A stretch of DNA of 64,000 bases from the NCBI RefSeq assembly GCF_008831285.2, contig NC_045138.2, forward strand, positions 3,844,001-3,908,000. The letters are read 5' to 3'. How positions within the stretch are numbered: the first letter of the stretch is position 1; every line of letters begins with the position of its first letter. Under the pieces are notes generated by a model. It did not search any database. It was not told where the DNA came from and worked only from the letters and a program-made list of their open reading frames with translations. This stretch comes from Nymphaea colorata (lineage: Eukaryota). Shown piece after piece: positions 12,301 through 27,300 of this stretch. The translations under genes and the position numbers were made by a program.

Positions 12301-15300
12301 TGTTGGAAGGAAACAGGTTGCTCCATTATGTCAGATGGATGGACTGATACAAGGTCAAGAACACTTGTAAATTTTCTTGTTTATTGCCCTAAAGGTACAA
12401 TGTTCTTGAAATCTCTTGACTAGTCTGATGTTCCTAAGACTGCTGAGATTTTGTTCAATGTTTTTGATAATGTCGTACAAGAAGTTGGACCTGCAAACAT
12501 TGTACAGTTTATTACAGATAATGCTGCAAATTATAGAGCTGCAAGAGATTTGTTATTTCAAAAGTATAGAACATTTTATTGGAGTCCATGTGCCACTCAT
12601 TGTGTTAATATAATGCTTCAAGATCTTAATGCATGATATGAAATCAACCATTGACCAATGTCAAGAGGTAACAAAATTTATCTATAATCATGCATATGTA
12701 TTGAGTTTGATGAGAAAATTTACAAAATGAGTTGAATTAATACGGCCTGCACAAACTAGATTTGCCACAAATGTATTGACTGTGCAGAGTGTGGTGAAAC
12801 AAAGAACTCCTTTGAGGCAGATGTTTGCTAGTGAAGAATGGGCTACATATCCACATGCTCATAAAAGAAATGCTTCTTCAGTTGTGGATATTATATTCAA
12901 CAACGTATTTTGGGAATCATGGGTGAAGCTATTGAAGGTTTGTGTTCCATTAGTTAAGGTTCTCAGGTTGGCTGACAGCGAGGATAGACCTTCCATAGGG
13001 TACTTATATGAGGCTATGGACAAAGCAAAAGAGGCAATTCGAGACAACTTAAAAGAAAAGAAAAAATTATATATGCCCATATGGAAGATTATAGATAAAA
13101 GGTGGACTGGACAGCTTCATCAACCTCTTCATGAAGCAGCTTATTATCTAAATCCTGCAATTAGATTTTCTCCTACATTTAAGAAGGACAGAGAAGTCAT
13201 GCATGGTATGTTAGATTGTATTAATGTGTTTCTACAGAACAAGATGCTGTGCACAATGAGTTGAATCTATATGATAGTTGTTTTCGAAACATGGGACTAC
13301 CTGCCGCCGTTCGAGCCAGGACAACGATGCGTCCGGGTAAATACATAGAAATTTTTAATTTACTTTGCATTTGTAACATTTGATTCTTTTAGAACTTTCA
13401 CATTGATTTGTTATATTTTTGTTTAGATTTGTAGTGGAATAGGTATGGGTTTGATTGTCCAAACCTAGCACGTTTTGCAGTCAAAGTCTTCAGCCAGACA
13501 TGCAGTGCTAGTGGATGTGAAAGGAACTGGAGTGTGTTCCAACATATCCATAGCAAAAAAATGAATAGGCTCGAACATAAAAGGTTGAATGACCTTGTCT
13601 TTGTTCGATATAATATGAGGTTGAAACAAAGGTAATATAGGCATATAGCTTAATTAATGTTTACATTTTTTGTACAATATATTTATATGAAATTATATAC
13701 TAACAAGTTTTCTCTTATTTAATGTAGAGAATTAGAAAAATCATTAGCAAGGAAGCACACATCTCAGTTCGATCCTATCAGCTTGGAAAATTTTGACAAT
13801 CTAGAGCCATGGATTGAGGAAGAACCAACTACAATATTTGATGATGAAGATCTTGAATGCTTCAACCTTGAAGCTGAAGCAACAAAAGGCTTTGTTGATG
13901 AAGGAGAGTCTGCTACTGCTGGTGCGTGCTGGTGCTGAATATGTTGGTGAAGATCTTCCAATTCTTGACGATGAAGATGAAGAAGAAGATGATGATGAAG
14001 ATGATGAAGATTATGAATGATGAATCATGAATGAAAGTCAAGTCAAGAGTGCTTTCATTTTATATGTATCAAAAACTTAAGAGTTATGGATCTATGGTTG
14101 TTGAACACTTGATTGAATGTTTTATGACTTTATCACTTTATGGCTTATGGCCTTGTGCTTTGTTGAATGATATTGTTATGAATTTTGATGTTTATGAATG
14201 ATGAACGCGTAAGTTTATAGCAATAATAAGTCCATCATTATCTCAAACATGTTTTCTATGAACAATTTATTATTTTTAATTTTTTCTGATTTTTTATGAA
14301 TTTCCCGATTTTTTTTAAATTTTTTCTGATTTATTAATAATTTTTTAAAAAAATTTACAATACAGTTACGATACGGCGTATCTTAAAGCCCGACCGATAC
14401 GGCTTACGATACGCGTTTTACAACAAAGTATACCAAATCAATATATAATGATATCAAAAGGCAGACATTAGTAGGGTTGGGCCCTGGGCCGAGAAAAACC
14501 TGGCCCGGGCCGGGCCTGGGCCGATCTGGCCCATTAAGGATTAAAAAATATATATTTTATAAATTTTAATTTTAATAATATATATTTATTACTAACAATA
14601 TATTTAAAAAAATATTATTTTATTATAACTGGGCCGGGCCGGGTCGGGCCCAGGTCCGGCCCAATGGGCCGCCCGTCGGGCCGTTCCCGAGCCGGTTTTA
14701 TCAGGCCGGGCCAGCCCGTTCCTCTTCTTCTCCTTTTGCATCTAACTTCATTCGGTGGTTTGGCATTAGATATCAAAATCTTACAATCAGGTCCTCCACA
14801 AGAAGAGGAAGAGGAGAGACGAAAGGAATGAAGTCGCCGAATAAAAGAGTCGCCGGAGAACTTACTTGGCTGCCAAGTTCTTCTTACTTCAATACCATGT
14901 AAGGAAAGTAGATATAAATATAAATGCATACCTTTTCACACCAAAAACTCTCACAAGAGAGCACACACAAAGACAACTAGAAAATAATTTGTGCTCTAAG
15001 GCACAAAAAGTGTCATTAAACCTCAAGACTAATGCTTCAGAGGAGCATGATACAAATGGACCAGAATGGCGTTTTAAGGAGGCAGGTAAGAGGGCTTTTG
15101 GAGGCCCGAATAGGCAAATCTAGCCATTGGGGCTCTAACATCTCTTAGAAGAGAAAAAAGGAAAAAACAAAAATAATGGAAAACACAAAAAGAAAAGGAA
15201 AAGGAAAAAGAATGCAAATAAGAACAGAAAATATACATTCATAACAGATAGATCATGAGTCATGACCCATTTTGGAAATTGTGATGAGATTGAGCCCGCA

Positions 15301-18300
15301 TCTTTGTGTTTTCTCCTTCTTCCCATCTGTTGACAAGTTCTGCTGTAATCTGACAGCCCCAACACCTAGACTTCTAGACCTAGGAGCTAGCCCAGCAACT
15401 AGATCCACCTTATCCTCCATATATTTCTTGGGGACTTCGGCCCCATTTCTTCACATGGCTTTTTTCTAATAAAGGTCCTCTTTCATATTCAGTCTGTGTG
15501 TGTTTGGCATGTGTTTCCTGCATGCTTAATGCATTTAATCTTGTGAAGCTTATTGTATTGAGTATTGTTGTGAACCTTGAGAAGATCCTTGAATTATTTC
15601 ACGAACTTTCAAATATGTAGCTCAGATGGAAGAATCTCCAGCTATTTACCCATTTTTCTTACAGTTTCAAAGGTATAACGTCAAAATCTAGTCAATATTT
15701 ATGATCACATGCTACAATCAATAATTACTAACCTGGAGTTCTTCACGGTCACTAGCATTCCCCTGCAAAAACAAATGATCCACTGCTGGATCAATGACTC
15801 TATTCCACGGTCGCATCGTCAAGATTCCTGCAAAAAGGGTATACAAATCCTCTCCAGCACCAAGTTTAACACTGTTTTCTTTTATTCCATTTACATCAGC
15901 AAATATAAGAGCCTACAAAATTGACAGAAGTATAAGAAATAACAGAGAATAATGTAATGCAATTAGACCATACACAGACAATCAAAAGATTATTAAAACA
16001 CCTTCCAAAGTGCAGCATAGCTTGTCCTTGTAGAAAAATCAAGTGTCTTGTACAATCCATGATCCAGCAGAATCAGCTGGGGCCTTCTTCTACCTATATG
16101 CAGACAATCACGGGAGACAAACAAATGAACATTTGCACCTAGCCTTTAACCAAAAAACAACTCTATCAATTTAAAGTTAAACCATTGTAGCATGAAATGG
16201 TATATTAAGACTTTGATGAGGGTTTATAATGAAATGGAACTTCTCTTTTAAACATTTAACAGATTTATGCATAAGGCATAAAACAATTGATAACTATTTT
16301 AAGTTTGCATCTATTGTTAACATTTAGGGCTGAGGATGTAAACACTTAAAGAGCTCCTTTTCCTTTGTGTATGTAATATGAAAGTTTGAACACAGCACTA
16401 AAGCCATATGAGAAGGATAAGAAAAAAGATTTGGCAAATATAAGCTGATGTAAATGAACAGTTCATTCTGTTCGTGTCTCTTTCTCTGGACACTCAGGAA
16501 TATCATCTTGAACTAGAATTTGCTGTGCACCATCTTTAGTTTAATAAGAAACAAAGTTTTATGAAGATTGGATTAAATTTGTGTCTTTCCTCATTTTTCT
16601 CCTTGTTTTTGGATATTCACCCCTTTCCTCAGAAAATTGAGCGACTTGGTTATCTTAAATCTGTTGAATTGTTTTGAGGTCTCAAATTTCTGTTGTTTGG
16701 AGTAGTGGTTGAATGCTGAACGAGCTGAAATCACTTTGGGTGCAGAATATCAGCTGCTGGTGAAGCTCATTTATACTTTCATGTCCTTAAGGGACATATT
16801 CTGAGCTCAGTAATCTTTCTATTCATGACATACTTGAAGAAAGGAAACACTAGCTGTTGTTTATGTATCAGCTAAAAAGCTACCATCTACCGATTGCTTC
16901 CTACAGCTGTCAAAGTCATTTTTTCTTTTTCCAAATTTACTGTTGGATAGCAGCAGATATGAGCTCCAAGCTAAATCAACTTTAAACTGCTTATTGGATG
17001 AATTATATATTTCAGCAAGCAACAGTTATAGGATCGGATCATAGGTGCTTCTTTCAGTTCATTCCCTTGACCTAACACACCTGCAAGACTGGCCGACAGC
17101 TCTACTACTACAGATAAGGGTACATGTACAGTTAAAACTATGATATATCTATCTTCTATTAGTGTGTACAGTAGGAACTTAGTCTAAAAATCAACAGCCT
17201 TTATATCATTCAGATATACCACACTATGATTCGACCATGTAGATTTTCAATGCAGGCCATATTAAAAGGAGAAACGAAAGAACCATCCAAAGGAGATTAA
17301 CATTCACCCACTTTGCAATCATCCTCACTCTTACCTGTTTAAATGGTAATTTACACTAATTGGTGAATTAAAGAGTAAAGACTGTGATACCATACATTCC
17401 ATATGCTTTTATTTTCCTGTAAGTCAGAATGCTACAGAGTAGTTCTAAATGGAATAATGTTGAACTAAATGAGTTGTAGTTTATCGCAAAGCTCAAGCAT
17501 GGTAAAACTGCATTCCCTCATGGTGAGTCGAGAAGTTCATTCTTCCAAATTTTGCATTTTGATGTATGTGGGCCACCCATAAATGTGGTTGTCAGTGGTC
17601 ATTGCTATCCTGTCTTGTACATGGATGACTATTAGAATGAAGATCATTTATTTAATGAAAGTGAAAGATGAAAATTACTTGAGAAACAATTATATTTTTC
17701 CCAAAAATATAATGACAAAAAATTAGGGCTCAGCAAGTCTTCCAGCAACCGAGACACTACTTCTTGAAGTATAGATCCAACTGAAGAGTTAACTCTGGAA
17801 CCCTTCAATAGGACACAGTTGTCCAGAGAAAAAAAAAAAAAAAAAATTGGCACCTTTCAGATGTAAAAAATCTTGATGTTCATTTAGTAGATGTGATGAG
17901 ACATTGTAAATGCAAAGATGCTATCTGATAAATGAATAAATAAGTAGACATATGATGTTCTTACTTCTTAGTAAAGATCCAAAGATTGCTAAAAAATCAT
18001 GAAACAACATGCTTGGGGTTCAGCAGAGCAAGAAAAACGCCTTACCCAGAAAACTTCTTCCAGATGGACGCACCATCATGTTAGCAGCATGTGGATCACA
18101 ATGGACAAACCCATGCTTAAAAATCATTTCTGCAAAGACTTGGCTTACCTGTAAAACTTTAGATATAAACCTCAGGCAACCAGGAAAACAACTAAGAATG
18201 CAATTATCATACTGACTAGTTTAGCAACATCATTTGGATCAATGCCAAGTCGTCGAATAGCAGAGACATCAGTCACTTCTGCAGCATCCATAAATTCCAT

Positions 18301-21300
18301 TGTCAGCAGCCTACTGGTACTCAAATTCCAGTACACCTTTGGAGCATATATGTAGTTTACAAGATGAGGAGAGAGCTTCTTAAAGTTTTCCAAGCACTTC
18401 TCACTGTTCTTGGCCTCATATAAGAAGTCCAACTCCTGATTTGGAAAAAGGGGAGAAAAAATGCCTCAACTCTGCAGCCTTAAGTTTCAGAAATTAACAT
18501 TTGTAAGGTTCACACAAAAGGTAGCCTTATCGATTAGAAAAACAATCAACTGTCAAACATGCTTGAATATGTAACTGGACATATAATTTCACAAAAACCA
18601 AAGAAGAAAGGAAAAAAAGCAAAGCACTAGGGATTCAGAAAAGCTAGCTAGATGACCCACATGTAACTCTTAATTCAATAGCACCAATAAAAAGTACAAA
18701 GATATGTACGTCCCATGATAAAGCAGGATACACATAATTTTGGCAGCTCCGTTTTGTGACCTGATTCTTTGAAATTTTATGCAACAGTTTGATCCAAGTG
18801 GGGGTGGACCTTTCTCCGAAATTTTTATCCTTTCAAACTCACATCTTGTTTCTATCCATTCTCCCCCTGTCATCCCAATTATTAAGAATTAAGATTTCAT
18901 ATCCATTGGCATGTCCCTTTTTTGTCTCTACAAGAAGATGAAGATAAAATCTTCCTCCAACAAGCAACACTCCTTCACTCAAAGGCTGGAAATGGGTGGT
19001 CAGCTGAGAAAAGAGCAGTGCATATGATAATTGCAGACAGAGTACTTACAGACTCATCAATGGGATTTTACTGGGTCCCAAATTCCCAACAAAGATAGTG
19101 GCAAACTTTTTGTGCTTTTCTCCTAGATTGAATCTTTAGAATCTCGTGATTTTAGTCACTGGAATTCCAATGATAATTTATTTCAATTTTCATCATACAA
19201 CAGTTTGGCTGTGCACTGAAACTATTACTCGCTTGATATGCAGATTGACTGAAACAAGTCTTTCCTCGCTGAGGTTTACCTGAGCTGAGTTCAGCTAACC
19301 CATGCTTCATTGAAATCTAAGAAAGAGAACATTTCATGACCATCACATGAGCACCTTAAGAAGTCATTCAAACATACTTGCAATGCACCATCACTGTGGA
19401 AAGAAAGAAAGTCCAGATTCCTTCTAAAGGAAAGACTTGAAACATTTGGATATATCAAAACACGACTTTGCCCTTCAAGAACAAGATCAAAATCAATGAA
19501 ACAGCAACACCATTAGATTAGATGATTCCTTCTAAAGGAAGGACTTGAAACATTTGGATGCATCAAAACATGACTTTGCCCTTCAAGAACAAGATCAAAA
19601 TCAATGAAACAGCACACATTAGATACAACACTGATGATAGCTTCTCACACTAGTCTATTTGTTAAGTTCTTGTTTAACCAACCACAACTTGACAATACAT
19701 AAAAGGAGGTTGAGACCCTTTTATTGTGTTTCAAACATTGTCACATATATCGTATACGGGTATTATACGGCAAGGAATTTCTTGGGTATAATACGGCAAA
19801 GTTGTATATCTAGGGAATATCTCAGCAATTTTTTTTAAATTTAAAACATTTAATAAATCCTGAAAATTATAAAAAAATAAAAAAAATGCAAAAAAACACA
19901 TAATATACGTTTTTTTCACATTTTTTATTTTATGGCGTTTTTTTGAAAAAAGACGCGTCTAATTGTCGTTTTATACGGCTGACTTATTTCTTGGATATTA
20001 TACGTGTTTTTTCGAATAATACTTTTCTTTGAATATTGCATGTTTTTTTCGAATATTACGCGTTTTATGTGACAATGGTTTCAGATTAACTTATATCGAC
20101 AAATTGTGTTTCGCCATGCCAACTAAAGTGGGATACCAACATGATATGGGCAGAAACTGCAAATCATCTGATATAAACATGAAAGGGGAGAAAAATTAAG
20201 AAAAAAAAGACACTTACTTTTGAGGAAGAATTTGTGCTGCCACCATTTATATTTAGACAAATGGAGAGATAAATGGAAAATAAAAATAACGCGAGGAAAA
20301 ACGGCAACAAACTCACCTTTGGAAGGCTCTCGCGAATTTCTTCAACCAACCACCTAAAATTTATATTTTTTAATATTCATGAACTCTTACAAACTCATGA
20401 ACAATCAAAAGAATTGGGTGTCAAAGAGACTTGATATGCTATTCTGAAAACAAATCAGCATTATCTGCAGCAATCTTACCTATAATCAAATGCAGGAAAA
20501 CACCAATTCAAGAAATTGACAATCAAATCCACCATTGCAGTATCTATGGCCGCAGTGTCTGTCAAATGAGTATGTTGAACCTGAAAACTCAAAATGTATA
20601 CATGGATGGAACTCAAAAAATCAAAGACCCCAGCAGATAGTAGAGCATATATGCGTGCCGTAAAACTGGACGAAATTAAAAATAGAAGTACCTTGACTGC
20701 AACTTTTTTCCCATCATGAGTTCGAGCAGCATGGACTTGTGCTAGAGAAGCACTTGCTAATGGAACTGGGTCAAATTCCACAAAGACCTGCAGAATATAG
20801 TAATGCTCAACAAATAAGTTCTACCCTAAGTAACAGGAGCATGGACTTTCCGGACATAACCATGTCGGCACGACATTTTTTGACATGGGTATTTTGGACT
20901 GGGTCTAGGTCAGACCTGATTCAAAATGATTAATTTTAAAGTGATCTTTTTTAAAACACATGCTGCCATCTTTCCAAAAATAAAAAACTCCTTGTTCGGT
21001 GCTCTCTTGAAAACTGCTAGAGAGAGAGACAGAGTGAGAGAGAAAGAGAGCGGAAGGACGTTTTTCTTTTCTAAATTTACTTTAATAACTACTGATTTTG
21101 TCTAAATTAAGAAAATAAGTTCAAGTTTCAGAAATATGCAAATTACTAGTTGACATTACAAAAATAATGTATATTTTCTTAACTCCTACTGAATAGTTGT
21201 TTTGTATGTTAAATATAAGTTTTGCTGTACATATATATAGCCATACCAGCATACCCCCATATCCATATTTTCCAAAATTTCTGAGTCCGAACCTATAGTA

Positions 21301-24300
21301 TAGAGCTTATCTGTAACGATCCAGTTGGTAGATCCCAACCCACCCACTAGTAGCTTCTGTTGCGGCCCAAAAAAGGCTATGAACCAGCACAATCAATTAC
21401 TGAACAACCCTTTTTATAAGCCATTGAAGATTCCTTGCAAACTTCAGTACGAGACTAAACTCTGAAAGTGGGGCAATACAATATCTACACTCCATACATA
21501 TCCTACCTGCACTCATGTCATTTAGTTCTACCAATTTAAAACTGGAAACATTTAAATGCAAAATGCTTAGACTTATGAGAGATCTCTAATCGATGTTAAA
21601 CAAAAAATTTTATGGTATTCTAGACATACTTTAGACAATATATCGTATATGAGGTCAAATGTGATGACGTAAGAGCATCGACTTTCTATTCTTGAGTTGA
21701 AAGTTTGAAACCATAGTCATAAAAATTATTTTTCGAGTTTTTGTTCGTGAGGCTTTTCTTGAGTACTAATTGGAACATTTTGGTTTTCTTTAGATGCTCA
21801 TGAAAATTTAAAAAATATACAAAAATTACTGATTAAAATGTAGAAAGAAACCCAAAAATAAAATGTAGTAAAAAAAAAAAGATTTTGCAAGTCTCCTGAA
21901 AATGTTACTATATTTTCAAAAATGTGATATTTTCTAGCTTTTAATTTCACTTGATTTTGATGTTCTTATCACGATAATTTGTAAATGTCACCAACATTCA
22001 TGACTACACTTGAAAGATTTCTTAGCAATACCTCATTCTCTGCAAAGCTCTAGGGCTTTTAAACAAAAGGCACCACCAACTTTAAAACTCAAATCTATCA
22101 TTCCATGTATGCTATAAAATCCTCCCTCTTTGAAGAAAAAGGATTAGCAAAAATTGATCAAAAGCTTGTACATGTAAAAATGTTAAGTATGATGTTTAAT
22201 GTAAGCATTGTGAGGAGCAAGTTATTTTATTCAGCAACTCTTTAATTTCTGTCATTATTATTTCTGAATGCTTTTAAGTTAGTAATTTCCTTTGTACTGG
22301 GTCGGGTCTAGTTAGAGTGTGCAACCCAACCCAGCACGTCATGTACTTAAGCCCTCTTAAGGGATAATCAAACCCTAATGAAGAATAATCTTTGACGTGA
22401 AGAGAAGCTGGGCTTCCTACGGCTGTGTGTGTGAGTGCTGCAGCGAGTGGCTGCTATGGGAGTTAGCCGATCTGAGGCTAACAAGGTATCAGAGCTTCAG
22501 CAATCATGACGGAGAGAGTCACCGCGTGTGACGCCATTGCAGCGGTGGAACAACACCTAAATCAAGTGGAAGCAGTGATCGGCGGCCTGGAAGGGCGGAT
22601 GCATGGGATGGATCAACGCCTGAACACAGTGGACGCAAGATTGGAGGCCATGTTGGTGGAGCAGCGGGCGATGTCGGCACTCTTGCGTGAAAGCCTACGA
22701 CAAGGTTCCCGGCAGCAATCGCTTGATTCAGATCAGACCCAATTGGACGAGCGTAGGGAACAAGGTTCGCCAAGGAACGGTGGCGCAACCTGGCGCCCGG
22801 GAAAGATGGATTTTCCTCGATTCTCTGGAGATGACCTGATCAGTTGGGTGTTCCATGCCGAACAATATTTCGATTGCCAAGGAATCGTGGGTGATGAAAG
22901 AGCGCGTCACGCGACGGTTTACTTCGAAGGAGCAGCGGTGCGTTGGTTCCGTTCATTGGTGTCGCAGCAAGGGAGACCGGACTGGGCAGAGCTCACGGCG
23001 CGCTTTGGCCCGTCGGCGTATCTCGACTACAATGTAGAGTTGTCAAGCATTAAACAATCGGGTACGATGTTGGAGTACCGGGAACATTTTTGAGGCATTG
23101 ATGAATATGGTGCGTGGATGGCCCCTTCCAGCCCTCATTGGTGCATTCCTAACAGGTTTGAAGGATGAAATACGCATTGAAGTTCAAACGATGAAGCCAC
23201 GAACATTAAGGGACTGCTTCGAATTAGCCTGCACAGTGGAAGAGAAAAACGAACGGCTACACACATTCACTCAGGGCACTTTTAGCAGAACGTGGCAGAA
23301 AGTGAAAACCAGCCCGTGCGAGACCTTTCATAAAACGTGGCTAGATGCGAGGACCAGCCCACACGAGAAGCCCAAATCTGACGTTTTTCCACCTGCCCTA
23401 GGAAGAAATCAGAAGGGAAATGCATCGCGCCAAGTTGTGAGACATTAGACGCCCGAGCAAATCAATGAGAATAGACGGTTGAACCAATGTTTTCACTGCG
23501 ATGAGCAGTACGTTTCGGGGCATAACTTTAAACGCATACACATGTACCTAGTCGAGGAGAGCGACGAACCACTAGAGGCCGATGAAACTCCACCCTTGAC
23601 CATGGAAAACCAGACGGTCCCCGAAATTTCGCTACATGCGTTGGCTGGAGATGAGGTTCCGCATCTCATGCGTGTGGAAGGAAAGTTGCGAGGCCGGCCC
23701 CGTCAGCGTGCTGATCGATACGGGCTCGACTCACAATTTCATTTGTGAGAAATCTGCCTGGGCCCTGGGCTGTCATATGGAGGTTCAACCCGCCTTTGAC
23801 GTGGTGGTAGGAGAAGGGAGCACCCTACGATGCAGGGGTAAGTGTCAGATGGAAAAGCTAGAGATCCAAGGCTTTCACTTTCCTGTACAGTTATATATTT
23901 TAGCCATGGCGGGAGCCGACCTGGTATTAGGCATCCAGTGGTTGCGCGAATTGGGAGAAGTGGTTTGGAATTTTGTGGGCATGAAAATGCAATTTAAGGG
24001 ACCCGCGAACGAAAGGTTTACATTGGAAGCGAGCCCCAGGCGATCTTGTTCAGAAGCACCGGCTGCCTGCATGATGAAAGGGTCGTCCGCTCTTTTCTTC
24101 TGTTGACCACTCAAGTGCAGACGCATACGGAAGAATAAGAAATTTGATTCGGCTCCGATGAGTTGAAGAGAACGTTGCAGGAAATACTGCAGGAGTTTGA
24201 GGTAGTTTTTAGCATGCCTAAGACGCTGCCGCCAGAGAGAGGATATGAACATCGTATTGAGTTGCAACCGGGACCGAACCTGTTAAATCTAGACCATACT

Positions 24301-27300
24301 GCTACAGCCGAGTCCAGTGAGAAACCCTCGAAGAACTTGTGCAGGAAATGCTAGCAACAAAGGTAATTCAGCCAAGTCGCAGCCCCTTTGCTTCACCCGC
24401 CTTGCTGGTCAGAAGGAAAGATGGAAGCTGGCGTATCAAAGACAGGTACCCAATCCCCATTGTGGAAGACTTGTTAGATGAGCTTTATGACGCACGCGTC
24501 TTCTCCAAACTGGACCTCCGCTCAGGGAATCATCAGATCCGTATGGTGAAAGATGACATTCCTAAGACAGCCTTCCACACGCATGATAGACACTACAAAT
24601 TCGTCGTCATGCCTTTCGGACTAACAAATGCACCTTCCACTTTTCAGTCGCTGATGAACGACGTGTTTCGCGGCTTTCGCCCCTTCTTACGACGGTTCGT
24701 ATTGGTGTTCTTTGACGACATTTTGATTTACAGCAAAGGAGAACAAGAACACCTCCACCATTTACGGATTGTTTTAGTGGCTTTGCAGCGACACAAGCTA
24801 CATGCCAAACTCTCTAAATGTGTTTTTGGTACTCCCAAGTTCTCTTATTTAGGGCATGTGATAAGTCACGGGAAGGTGAGCATGGAACAAGAAAAAGTCC
24901 AAGCGGTGAAAGGGTGGAGTACACCTAAAAACGTACGGGAGTTGCGTGCGTTCCTCGGGCTCACTGGATACTACCATAAATTTGTCAGGAATTACGGTCT
25001 GGTCGCAGCCCCTCTCACTGCCCTAACTAAGAAATGTTGTTTTACGTGGAGTATTCAAGCCGAACAAGCCTTTTAGCGGCTCAAGGAGGTAGTGACTACA
25101 GCCCCGGTTTTACAAATGCATAATTTTCAGCTTCCATTGACCGTGGAGTCAGATGCATCCGATTTGGAAGTGGGAGTTGTACTGAGCCAAGAGCAACACC
25201 CAATTGCTTATTTCAGCCGAGCAATGGGCCCGACATTTGCTAGTAAATGAGCCTATGAACGAGAAACGATCGCCATAGTCCTTGCCATCCTCAAATGGAA
25301 GCACTATCTTCTGGGGCAACAATTTATTGTCTTGACCGATCATTGCAGCCTCAAACATTGCTGCAGCAACCCACCCTATCTTCATCATTGCAAAAGTGGA
25401 TGCTGAAATTGATGAGCTTTGACTTCAAAATCTGCTATCGCAAGGGGAAAGAAAATGCAGCAACGGACGGCCTGTCCCAATCCCACGACCATCAGGTTAG
25501 TAGCTTATTTTCAATCTCACAAGTCCAGGCTCACTTGTGGGACGAGATTCGACAGGCACACGAAAGCGCCACCTCGGTAAAGAAAATCAGGGATGAGTTG
25601 GAGTGGAATCCCCTTAAGGCGTATGGGTATGAATGGAAATCACCATACCTATATCGCCGCTGACGCATCTTGATTCCACTCAAGTCCACCCTGTCACAAA
25701 CCCTTATACATCATTACCACAATGAGCAGATGGCTGGTCATGAAGGAGTGGAAGGCCCTTACCGTCGACTGCGACCTACATTTTATTGGCCAGGAATGAA
25801 AAGAGTCATCACCGATTTTGTAAGGAGGTGCGACATCTGCCGACGGAACAAATACGAGACCATGAAGCCAGCAGGGCTGCTTCAACCCCTTCCCACGCCA
25901 GAGCTTATATGGGAAGACATATCATTGGATTTCATAGAAGGCCTACCCTCATCTCGGGGAAAGTCTGTTATTTTGGTTGTGGTGGACCGCCTTTCAAAAT
26001 ATGCACATTTTGTGCCATTGTTGCACCCATATTCAGCGAAGACGGTAGCCCGTGCTTTCCAAGATAATATTGGGAAAGCTGCATGGAATGCCCAAGTCGA
26101 TAACCGGTGATAGAGATCCCATATTCATTAGTGCCTTCTGGAATGAATATTTTCAATTACAGGGCACGAAGTTGTAGTTGAGCACAGCGTACCATCCGCA
26201 GACCAATGGCCAAACCGAGGTCGTAAACATGTGCTTAGAAACTTACTTACGCTGTTTTGCAGGACAACGACCACGGCTTTGGGTAGAATATTTGTCGTGG
26301 GCTGAATTCACATACAACACAAGTTGGCACTCCTCTACCGGTGTCACACCATTTGAGGCAGTGTATGGGCGTCCTCCCACTATACGTCGTTATCAACCAA
26401 ACACGGCGAGAGAAGAGTCAGTGGACAATCAACTCCCCTGCATGGACGATAACCAGTGATAGAGATCCCATATTCATTAGTGCCTTCTAGAAGGAATATT
26501 TTCAGTTACAGGGCATGAAGTTGCAGTGAGCACAACGTACCATCCGCAGACCGATGGCCAAACCGAGGTCGTAAACAGGTGCTTAAAAACTTACTATCAC
26601 TGTTTTGCAAGACAACGACCACAGCTTTGGGCAGAATATTTGTCGTGGGCTGAACTTTCATACAACACAAGTTGGCACTCCTCTACCGGTGTCACACCAT
26701 CGGAGGCGGTGTATGGGCGTCCTCCTCATACTATACGTAGTTATCAACCAAACATGGCGAGAGAAGAGTCAGTGGACACTCAACTCCGCTGCAGGGACGA
26801 TAACCAGTGATAGAGATCCCATATTCATTAGTTCCTTCTAGAAGGAATATTTTCAGTTACAGGGCACGAAGTTGCAGTGAGTACAGTGTACCATCCGCAG
26901 ACCGATGGCCAAGCTGAGGTCGTAAACAGGTGCTTAGAAACTTACTTACACCGTTTTGTAGGACAACGACCACGGCTTTGGGCAGAATATTTGTCGTGGG
27001 CTGAATGCTCATACAACACAAGTTGGCACTCCTTTACCGATGTCACACCATTTGAGGCGGTGTATGGGCGTCCTCCTCCCACTATACGTCGTTATCAGCC
27101 AAACACGGCAAGAGACGAGTCAGTGGACACTCAACTCCGCTGCAGGGACGCCATGTTGGGAGATCTCAAGGCACATCTCGCTGCGGCGCGCAACCGGATA
27201 GTAATCCAATACAACCGGAGACACCGAGAACAGCAGTATAACGTAGACAAGTGGGTGTATTTGCGTCGTCCGGCCCAAGCAGCAGCGCATCGTCGGCCAC

